From Xylographa opegraphella (lineage: Eukaryota): DNA of 59,117 bases. The notes under the pieces are model-generated. The model was given only the letters and a program-made list of their open reading frames with translations. It was not told the origin of the DNA and ran no database searches. Location: contig JALDZX010000061.1 in assembly GCA_022813865.1 (NCBI GenBank), positions 62,001 through 121,117 of the forward strand. The letters are read 5' to 3'. Both the position numbers and the translations under genes were made by a program. Below, one piece after another: positions 46,656 through 56,211 of the stretch; positions within the stretch are counted from its first letter, which is position 1, and each line of letters begins with the position of its first letter.

Positions 46656-47235
46656 AAATTTGAAATAATTATTTTTGTTAAATAAATATATTATATATTA
46701 AAAAATATTGCAAATAAAGTTAATATTATATGTTTTATTACAAAAAGTTACTGAACGTACTGAATATATCAAACGTGTTAAAAGCAAAAGGTTTTGCTTT
46801 TAATTAATAAAAAGTATGCTTTTTACGCTATAAAAACGAGCCGTAAAAATTTATATTTTAAGCAAAAATTCTTTTTGCTAATATATATAAAAATAATAAA
46901 CAAAATATAAACGAATTTTCAAATTATGAATCAAATTTTGATATTCGTCTCGATTAAAATTAAATTCGCTACAATATTTTGCATATCGAGGTTTATCAAG
47001 CTAGTGCCAAATTCCGAGTAAATTGACGACCGCCAGACTGTCCACATGCAATGCACGTGGTGCACGCAACCGCCGTATATCTTTCTATATATTCAAGTAT
47101 ATATATTTGCCATACTGAATACATCCGTACTGTAAGATATCTTATTATAACGTGGCGAGCAAAAGCTCATGTGATATTTACAATTATGCGATATCTCTAA
47201 TCTACACAACTACGAACGCCGAAGCATAGTCCTTC

Positions 47236-49575
47236 CTATCTTGTTCCTAGGTTCAACCAGCTCTTGTCCTCCGACCTCCTCATCCCCCTGTGAGCACCGG
47301 AAGCATCTCCAGCTGCCCGAGGGAGAAGCCTCGGAACTTGATTTGGTCCGCTAGGTCCAGCTTCTGGAGATAGCCGCTCATCTGACCTGGACGAGCCAAC
47401 TGCAAAATCCTTCGAAGCGAGACTTCTTAGACCCCTCTGATCACCCATGGGTATGACGGTTGTTTGACTTGTTCTATTGGACGTTGGAACGCCCGGGAAG
47501 TCGGGTATTCGCACTCGGTCTCCCGGGTGTGGATATATAGCGTTGTCATATACGCTGCTTGCGACTCGGTCGAATGTGCTACCCCTATCGCTTGTAGCTA
47601 CCGGTGTCCAAGAATCTTGTCCGGAACTTCCATCCAATAAGTCATCGTTTTCCTCCGGAATATGTGAAATGTTGGTAGCCGCTGGGTTCTGCGGATTCCG
47701 CGACAGGCCGTTACAGTCGGGATGTAACTGCTGCGAATTTTCCCACGTGTTCTCCGACGGAGGATACAAGCTGGCACGAATATTTAGAGGAGCTACCTCG
47801 GCAGACTGACGGGGTTGTGACGATACGATCCGGGAACTGGTATAATCCGATTGACTCATTGTGGCAACTGTATCGGGTCTGGACAGAGTTTCATACCGAG
47901 TATAGCCAGGAGGCAACCGAGTGAGGTCAGTAGCGTTGTTGTTGTTCATGAAATATGTACTCCACCCTTCATCTGTCCTTGGAGCCGTACGAGCCTCTGG
48001 AGACAGCAGATTTGTTGCTCCAGCCTTGGGAGAGGTTGTCCGGTTTAGAGTATTGAGCCGAGGCGCGGAGGTTGCCGGTGAAGTTATCCGGTCAACGATT
48101 GACTTCGCACTGCCACCACTCTCACCAGCTTTGTTGAAGAGCCCTCTTTTGCCTGCCTGTGCACTTCGAGCAGGTGCATGTGAAGCGCCTGCTTGAGTAT
48201 GGAGAATAGTATCGGTACCACTGTTGTAAAATGTGCCTCTGACCGGTGCTATTTGTTCAATTCCTTGGTCGGCGAAGTCCATTTGGTCCTTCGCGTCCGA
48301 AGGAAAGTTCCTTTTGCGCGGCTTCTGGTTTTTTGACTCCCTTTGCTTCAAATAGCGGAGAAGCAAGAGGGCTATTATACACACAGAGGCAAAGCCAAAT
48401 ACAGAACCCAAGACAGCACCAAGTATGAGAAGCGACTGATTTCTACTGGCATTCGTGTTTGACATAGTTGATGGGTGCGATACCGGGCCGGTGGCGGCAG
48501 GTGTAGTGGTACTCGGAGAGGTTAGTGTCGCAGTAATAGTGGAGGCGACCCCAAAATACTCCTTTGCACTGACCCATGTATTACCCGTTTCATTGAAGAT
48601 GCACAGGGACTCATTCGAGCTTTGACTCACGCCTCCAGAGACCACAACAATGCCTGATGGGCCTTGCGCGAGAGCAAATCCATCATGAACAGCGGTGGGC
48701 GCAAGGGTGCTATTGTAAGAAGGGTAGTGTGATGGCAGGACAAACTGTCGCCGCCGCCTCCTTCTCACAGCACTTGGTCCGGTTCGAGCATATGAAATAG
48801 ACATTGGTACATCGACTTCCCATCCCGAAAGAGTCGGTATATCGGCAGGCTGGACTGTGAATGTGGAAACACTATTGGGCACTGTGCTCATGTTGAATAG
48901 CTGCAAGACCTTGCTTCCATCTGATGCATCTAGCAGGGCTCCTTGTACGTGCCTTGTGTCCGGCAGACCACTAGGTAAGAGATAGTCGACTTGCTGCCAT
49001 CCACTCGCTTCGCTAAACAACCAAACTTCCTTGTTATTGGGATCACCTCCGACCATCACGGCATGACTTTGATTCCAGGGCAGGACTATTGGATTGAGCA
49101 CTGGTGGTGCCGAGGAAGGGAATGCCTGCATCTCGTAAGGATCATTCGTAGAGATGGTGAAAGTCTCTGACGATTCCGAATATTTATCATCCTGGAAGCC
49201 GGCGAACACGATGATAGACGACGTGGAGTTCAAGTATGCTGCGCCGTGCATCTGGCGATTTTGTGTGACTGATACCTGAGGCATATTGATTTCCCATTGC
49301 CGCCGTTCATAGATGTATTTCTGAAAGCCAGGATAATTGGACAAAGACGAGTTATTCGTCGTTCCGCCGATTACAAAGAGAGCATCTTGACCGTTATAGC
49401 TTGCTTGCACGCATCTGGCACCAGTGACACCGGCACCCATCGACAGCTTGGACCACTGAGCTCCTGGACTGAGCGACAATGCTTGAAATGCATTCGACTG
49501 AAAAGCGTAAAGCGTGTTGTTGTATATGACTGTGCAGTGGCCGTCGAGCGGAACCGGTGGAGCGGGAAGAGACAT
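47236..49575 (-). CDS. Single-pass membrane protein with N-terminal kelch/galactose-oxidase-like beta-propeller (~779 aa)
   Basis: First ATG at 49575 (MSLPAPPVPLDGHCTVIYNNTLY). GG-containing kelch-like strands (LFVIGG, VMVGG, VVVSGG), Thr/Ser stalk, TM helix LLILGAVLGSVFGFASVCIIALLLL followed by a basic stop-transfer, and a long low-complexity tail. Confidence 0.85.
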   Translation of the reverse strand: MSLPAPPVPLDGHCTVIYNNTLYAFQSNAFQALSLSPGAQWSKLSMGAGVTGARCVQASYNGQDALFVIGGTTNNSSLSNYPGFQKYIYERRQWEINMPQVSVTQNRQMHGAAYLNSTSSIIVFAGFQDDKYSESSETFTISTNDPYEMQAFPSSAPPVLNPIVLPWNQSHAVMVGGDPNNKEVWLFSEASGWQQVDYLLPSGLPDTRHVQGALLDASDGSKVLQLFNMSTVPNSVSTFTVQPADIPTLSGWEVDVPMSISYARTGPSAVRRRRRRQFVLPSHYPSYNSTLAPTAVHDGFALAQGPSGIVVVSGGVSQSSNESLCIFNETGNTWVSAKEYFGVASTITATLTSPSTTTPAATGPVSHPSTMSNTNASRNQSLLILGAVLGSVFGFASVCIIALLLLRYLKQRESKNQKPRKRNFPSDAKDQMDFADQGIEQIAPVRGTFYNSGTDTILHTQAGASHAPARSAQAGKRGLFNKAGESGGSAKSIVDRITSPATSAPRLNTLNRTTSPKAGATNLLSPEARTAPRTDEGWSTYFMNNNNATDLTRLPPGYTRYETLSRPDTVATMSQSDYTSSRIVSSQPRQSAEVAPLNIRASLYPPSENTWENSQQLHPDCNGLSRNPQNPAATNISHIPEENDDLLDGSSGQDSWTPVATSDRGSTFDRVASSVYDNAIYPHPGDRVRIPDFPGVPTSNRTSQTTVIPMGDQRGLRSLASKDFAVGSSRSDERLSPEAGPSGPNQVPRLLPRAAGDASGAHRGMRRSEDKSWLNLGTR

Positions 49576-50270
49576 CACGAAGATCTTTCGAGCCGCCACC
49601 AAGATGAGATGTCTCGGCGCCGCGGGAGAAGCTCGAGGCGATGGAGGTTGCAGTACTCGAGGTACTCTGACTATGGCATTGTGTAACAGAGCAGGTGCGA
49701 TCCACGTTTTTCGGGGACGTTATTCTTTTGTGCTGGGGCTTTTCCTTTCAAAGCAGTCGAGCCTCGTACGCGCACGCTTAGACTCTCCTGTCGTTTTTCC
49801 CACCGATACCGACTGATGCGAGCCGATGTCACAATCCAGCTTCAATCGCAACAGATAACGAATAGTAGGAAACTCTCACACAGCCAATCGACGATGGACA
49901 AGCGAACTCGAGGTTGAGGAGAAATTGAGGCCACCCGGAAGCGAGGTTGCGAAGCAGGATAAAGCAGAAGCTTGGGAAGTCTTGACATGAAACGCGCAAG
50001 GCGCAAACCGGCGAATGTCCAGCCACAACCGGCGGCGGACTGCAGGTGGGCTGGGAAGCGAAGCTGACGTCGAGGACTGAGTAATGTCGAGGAAAGTGAT
50101 TGGGGGCTCTACTCCGTTATTGGGGAAAAGGTGAGAGGGTGTATGCACTGCGCAGATCCAGAGTCAAAGCTGGGACCGAAGCATGGTGAATTGGGGGTGG
50201 GCACGGTGTACATCCACACCCCACAACGTGACGGAGGGATACTGTACTTCGTACCTCAGGGCCCTTTATT

Positions 50271-50468
50271 AGGGGCGTTCAGCGAAAATCTGTTCTATTA
50301 AACTTATAAAATGTTGGCAGTATATAATTGGCCGACTAAACAATTTAGCGGAGTTGATAGTTTTTATTAATTGATAAAACGGCTTAAATAACCTGATCGG
50401 GTAAGAAATACTGCCAAAATCCTTCAGATTTCATTAGTTTACTAAACAGATTTTGGCTAAACGCCCCT
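50271..50468. mobile_element. MITE (~198 bp) with imperfect TIRs, possibly PIF/Harbinger-type
   Basis: Left end AGGGGCGTTCAGCGAAAATCTGTT, right end AACAGATTTTGGCTAAACGCCCCT. Flanked by ATT on both sides; TSD length is ambiguous in the TA-rich context. Confidence 0.85.
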
Positions 50469-52602
50469 ATTATTTTAGGGAGTTGTTCCAGGGCAGAGGG
50501 CCGATGTCCCTTCGACTCCTTAACCCAAAGCAAGCCAGGAGGAAAGGGGACTCTAACGCTACTACCTTATGTAAGGTACATATCTACCTAAGGTACTGCG
50601 TTAGTACGTGCAGTACCTTACTTTCGTGCGCCGGTGTACGGAGTAGCGTCGTGCATGAAGGAGCCGCCAAGTAGAGTTTTACTTGTTAGCAAAGGAACAG
50701 CGCGATGCTTGTGCATTATCACCCAGCGATGGCGCATTGAAGTCGTAAGCATCGTACCGTACTTTAAAGGGACAGTCATCAACTTGTGAGTGAAAGACTC
50801 CATGGACCATGTTCAACTAAGGTAGTCTGCTCCCACAGCTAGAAAGACGTAGAGTTCTGTGCTTGCTCCCAGTTGCCAATCATACCAGCTCCCTATCACG
50901 CATGTCATTCCGATCAGCAGAAGCTCAGTGCAATTGACCCCCGCCGGCAAAAACACTTGCTTGGTCGAGCACGAAGTGGCAAAGTCGGACTTCAATTTAC
51001 GCGACGCGGGCCGTATTACAGTGACAGATAGATGGTCACCGGCCATTAGCCATAATCGCCTCCCCCCCCCTCCACCCCCCTTACAGCTTCCAGATAACGT
51101 GGATTCGACGCCCGCAGGGTCTCAAATCCAGGGTGCATTTAGTTCATGCAACCGACGAGATGAGCTGTGGAAGTTTCGTTGGATGCTTTGATATCTGAGC
51201 GTCAAACCCTCATCTGCGGGTCTTCGGTGCTAGCAACGCCATCGTGAGCAGCACACCAGACGCAACGTGTCTGAAGTGCAGAACCCCCCTGTCGAGAAGG
51301 ATCAATGCGCACTTCGACGGCCGCTGAAAAAATGTCGATCATTTTAGAGTTTGGGTAACAATAGGGGCGTTTAGCAAAAATCTGCTCTGTTAAATTATAC
51401 TTTATTGAATGTTGAAGGTATAAAGTCAAATCTATTGAAAATAAGAAAATATTCAGGGCGAAACTTTAAATATATTTTATTTTAATTATAACAAAAATAT
51501 TCGATTTTTTTTAAAAAATAAATAAAACTCGTATATCAGTAAAAAAAATTCTTGTCTAAAATTTAAAGTTTTACGAGTCGATCAAAAAACATGTTTTTTG
51601 CGTATTTAATACATTTAATATGTTTAATATATTTAGTAAAAAGTTTATTTTTTATTTTTTAATAAATATTTTATATCATTAAAATACGTTTTAAATACGT
51701 TTTTGAAATTTAATTGAAAATAATGAAAAATAAAATAAATTATAAAGTTTTGAATTAATAAATATTATTCGTAAATATTCGTTAACACTGTAACTTTACG
51801 AATGTTCAGCGTAATTTTAAAATTTTAACGAATTTGAAATTTTTACGTAAAATGAACTTAATGATATATTTATATTATTTATATAAATCTAGTAAAAGAC
51901 CTGTTGAAAGGGATTTAAAAAGAATTCGAAAAATAGTTTTTGTTTAATTTATTTTTAATAATTTTTAAATATAACTTTTAAGCGAATTAATTATTTTAAA
52001 ATATATATTTTTAATTTTTTAATTTAATAAAAATTTATTAAATGTATTGAACGTATTGAACGTGTTAAACGTATTAAATACGCAAAAAATATGCAAAAAA
52101 ATATACAAAAATTAAAATTTTTATACTATTTCTGCAGATCTGCTTTTTGCGTAAAAAATATATTTTTTGATTCAATTTTCGTTTTTCCTTTTTGTTGATG
52201 TAAAGTTTTCGTTTATTTTTTGAAATTTTTTTAATTTCGAGTAATTAATATTCGTCTCGAAGGGCTTTTTCGGGGGTATTTTTTAAAAACTTGAGTTTAT
52301 AAATTTTTATAAATATCGAATAATCAAAAATTAACGTTTTTAATAAAAAATCAAATTTTTTATTTTTTAATATTTTTTATAAAAGTTGTTTTATTTTATT
52401 TTTTAATAGTTTTATAAAAAAAATTATTTTTAAAATAATTACGTAATTAATTTTAAAACGACTATATATTTTCGTTAAATAAAGTATATAACGCGATCGT
52501 TTCGTTATGAAATGCAAATTTTAAAATAATATTCGATTTATTTATATTTTGAACGTGATTTTTATTTATTTATATTCTGAGCGTAATTTTTTTATTTAAA
52601 AA

Positions 52603-52792
52603 TATTGAATTTAATCACTAGGCACAGGGGTTTTGGCAGCAGATAGCAGTGCATTGCTTAATCACTAAGAAGGTGAAGAGTTCTCCTGAAGCGGAAGCTT
52701 CAGAAGACTCTTCGAGTCCTGTACTAAGCTAGTCCTAATTGGCTATAGTACAAGCCGACAACACAGGCTGCTAACCCCCTGGATTTTCAACA
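52603..52792 (+). mobile_element. LTR family A, full length (190 bp)
   Basis: T(A)TTGAA...TTCAACA terminal inverted repeat; the initial TG is mutated to TA relative to the 45796 copy. GC-normal island in AT-rich DNA; no matching TSD (AAAAA vs TATAT). Confidence 0.85.
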
Positions 52793-53599
52793 TATATATT
52801 AATTTCGCGGAGTTAACTGCCGCGAGTGTTATAAACTTTTAAATTATAAAATATTTATTTATTTTTTAAAAGCGCGCAATAGTAACCGCGAGTGTATATT
52901 TATTTACTTTAATCGAAGAAATCGCGTAATAAGTAATCATAAAGTTTATTTATTTCTTTAAAACGCGTAGTAAAAATCGCTTAATATACATTTATTTGTT
53001 CTACTCGTAAAAAACGCGTATTAAATAATCATAATATTAATTAATATTAAATTTTGTAGTAAATTATCGAGTATTAAATTTTTTCGTATGATTAATTATT
53101 TTAATCGTTGCGCGAATTCGGGTTTATAATTAATTAAAATAAATAAATTAAATTAATACTTTATTGAACTATCTGTTAAAATACGTGAAAATGTTACTTT
53201 TTTAACGAAGAAAACTTTTTTATATACGATTACGCTAATTTAATAATTATATTAAATTAATAAATACGTTAATTCAACATCGAGCTAGCGCTTATGTTGT
53301 TTTTAAACAATTTTAAAAATATTCTGCCAGGCGGCGTTAATTCCAATATTATATATCTATAATTATATTATAATTTAATTTAATCGTATAGTAACGTTTT
53401 TAAATTTATTTATTAAAATATTATAGTATTTTATATAAGTTCTGTATTATTGAAAATAGAATTTTTTTCATTTTCGTGAAGCGTAAACTTTTTTTAATTT
53501 TATTAATTTTTTTCTGAAAAGTTAAACTTTTAAAAACATTCTTTAGTACGTTGAATTTGTGATTAAAATTTTATTTCTGTAAAATAAATTCTTTTCGTT

Positions 53600-55060
53600 T
53601 ATTAATTTTTAATTCGCTGATAAACTCGTTTTCCTATTTCTTTAAACAAAATAAATTAATTTCCATTATTATATTATTTAAATCCCAGTACAATCCTTGT
53701 ATATAATAATTTTAACTAATTTTTTTATATTATTATTATTCTATAAAGTCGGCTATTTAATGAATAATACTCGTTTTTCACTTTTTAAGTTTTATATTAA
53801 ATTATAATTATTTAAAAAAAAACTGAAAATTTTTATAATTTAATTAATTAAATCGTAAAAAAATCTAAAATCGAATTTATATTTCTCAATAATTCTTTTT
53901 TTCTTTTATTTCTCTTTAATTTATAATTTATATTGTATATTATTTAGCTTTTTCTCGTACTCGTTCTTTTTAATATTTCAAAGTTTAAAAATTATGTAAT
54001 ACGTTTCGTTATTTATAATACTTTTTTAAATTTTAATACTAAAGAGAATCATTCGAAATTATTTTTATTATTACGATACATAAAATAATTATTATCGTAA
54101 TAATCTATTTATAATAAAATATTATAATTTTGTTTTATAATTACGATTGATTTCTGTTTTTAAAATAATATAGTTTTTGATAGTACTTCTTTCGTATTCG
54201 CGATATTTTTTGATTATTAATAATCTCGTATAAAATATTCTTCGCGGTCGCACATATAATATTTTTTAATGAATATTCTTTTTTACGAAATTACTTTAAA
54301 CATTTTATAATAGCATTCAATTTTATCAATTAAAATTTATAATAATCTCAACTTTTTTTATTATTATAATAATATTTTTTATATTCTCGATTTGAAATTA
54401 TTGGCGTTTAATAATTTAATTTTTTTTATTCGATATTTATAAACACGATTATTAATCGTAATTGTTTTTATTATTGTTTTTCTTTAAATTTTTGATTTTT
54501 TTTAAATAATATTGTTTTTAATTTCTTTTTTAAATTCTTTATAGAATTATATAATTTAAACAGCTTCGTTCCAGTTAATATTAACGATAATACTTTAAAA
54601 TTTCGAAATATATTTCCATATTAATTTTCGTTAAATTAAATTAAACAGCTTCCTTTTTAATATTGCTTTAAAAAATTTGATTTTTTTGATTTTTTTTGAT
54701 TTTTTTAGAATTTTTTTAAAAATTTTTTTTAGAAACACTTCAGTCGCTAAAGAGTTTTTGTTAATAATTTCTATTTATTTATTTAATTGCTTACGAAGTC
54801 GATAAAATGAAATTATATATATATAAACGCCTTGTCTCGACAAAATTTTATAACGATTATAATAATATTTTTTATTTAAAATTATTCGTTGTCATTATAT
54901 ATATAAAAGTTTATGTAAAATAAAAATATTTTTAACTTATTGCGTTTTTTATAATAATCGTTTGATTTGTAAAACGTAATAGTTTTTTTAGTACGCTTCT
55001 CTCGTCTCGCGATTCACTTTAAAACTGATATTTTATTAAAGTAATTATTTAAAATATAAC
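53600..55060 (-). pseudogene. gag: RIP-destroyed Ty3/Gypsy gag
   Basis: Reversing C>T/G>A transitions gives collinear motifs, with frameshifts: KPDDYHGERNKLE (starting ~54968), WNEA..IAQFYKGLKEEVKD (starting ~54573), AI.IDNR.YE, MELDA (54326-54312), zinc knuckle C-Y-M-C-x-R-E-G-H-F-A-R-D-C (54261-54220) and H..LSWT.CYDD.C..HRSDKDGSGWFP (54126-54043). Outer limits approximate. Confidence 0.8.
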
Positions 55061-56211
55061 GATAAATGTTTTTTTAAACAAAAAGTAAAATAATAACAAC
55101 GATTACAAATATTTATAAAGAAGTCTTAAAAGAATTAATATTTATATTGAAACTATTTATTATTTGCGATATATAAATTAAATACGCTAAAACTTTAAAA
55201 AAACTTTTAATGTTTTTATATAAATATTTTATTATTACGATTTCAATTCTTTTAATATTTTCAATATTTATTATTAATACTACGATTATTAAAATTTTTC
55301 TTAATATATTATTGTATAATTTCGCCGGGTCCCTTTAATTATTATTTAGCCATGATTTGTCGCGAGTTCGTGATATATATATAAAATTATTAAAACATTT
55401 TTTAATAAAAAAATTATTTTTCTACGTTGAAAGCGATTAAATAAATAAATATAAATACATAAAACAACGCAATCGCGACGATAAATATAAATTTATAAAT
55501 TAAAAAAATGATTTTTTCCCTAACAAATTTTATTTTTATAATTAATAAATAAAGTTCTCGATGAGTCGATTAAAATCGATGTTACAAAAATGTATAAATA
55601 TTATCATTATATGCGAGACTTCCTAATTGAATAAAAGGCCTTTATTAATCATATATAACAAAAATTTCAATAAATAATTTGAGTAATTGCGATCAAAATT
55701 TGCACCTTCGTAGTTACAGTAAAAATCTGCGACCTGTAATTATAATAATAAATTCGAATTCTTTTTTTGTATATTTTTTTTTTACTATTTACTTCGAAAT
55801 TATTTTTATATTAACGATAATTTAAGAAATTCGATCGTAAATTTATTTTTTTTCAACTCGAATCTTTAAAAATAATAAAAAAAAATTTAAAATAAACTTT
55901 CGAGAGCGCGTTAAAAAAAAAAATTTACAATTGATACAAAATTGATTTATAATCTGAAAGTTTATATATTCTTATAAACATTTAAATCAGACGTATATTA
56001 TTTAACGTAGTAATTGCAGATTTACGGTAGACAGGGATTTAAGGCAAAAAGCGGGTGCGTGTCCCGAAGTTCGCCAAATTTTGATGTTCGCTACAACATT
56101 TTGCATACGTAGGTAATCTAGAGTGCATCGGAAACTGTGTTTCCTGCAATCACACGCTTCCTGACCCCATCCCGACGAACATACGGACATAGAGGCTGTC
56201 CGCCGCTCAAC

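Larger units (their letters stand above)
45670..47000. mobile_element. RIP-degraded AT-rich repeat block 1 (contains 50-N assembly gap)
   Basis: Abrupt shift to very AT-rich, TpA-rich sequence. Contains LTR pieces, (AAAAAATT)n, a 24-bp array and Ns at 45856-45905. Boundaries approximate. Confidence 0.85.
51363..56110. mobile_element. RIP-degraded AT-rich composite block 2
   Basis: Begins with the MITE-type TIR AGGGGCGTTTAGCAAAAATCTG (preceded by AAT). Contains LTR A, a Gypsy gag ghost and a right-end motif shared with block 1. Confidence 0.88.

Noticed and set aside
46995..47005. CTAG|T as a Helitron 3' end
   Set aside because: No convincing subterminal GC-rich hairpin, and the homologous site at ~56117 reads CTAG|A.
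45796..52792. Two LTR A copies as the ends of one retroelement that captured the kelch gene
   Set aside because: Outer flanks TTAAT and TATAT are not a TSD even allowing transitions, and no gag/pol remnant was recognised between them.
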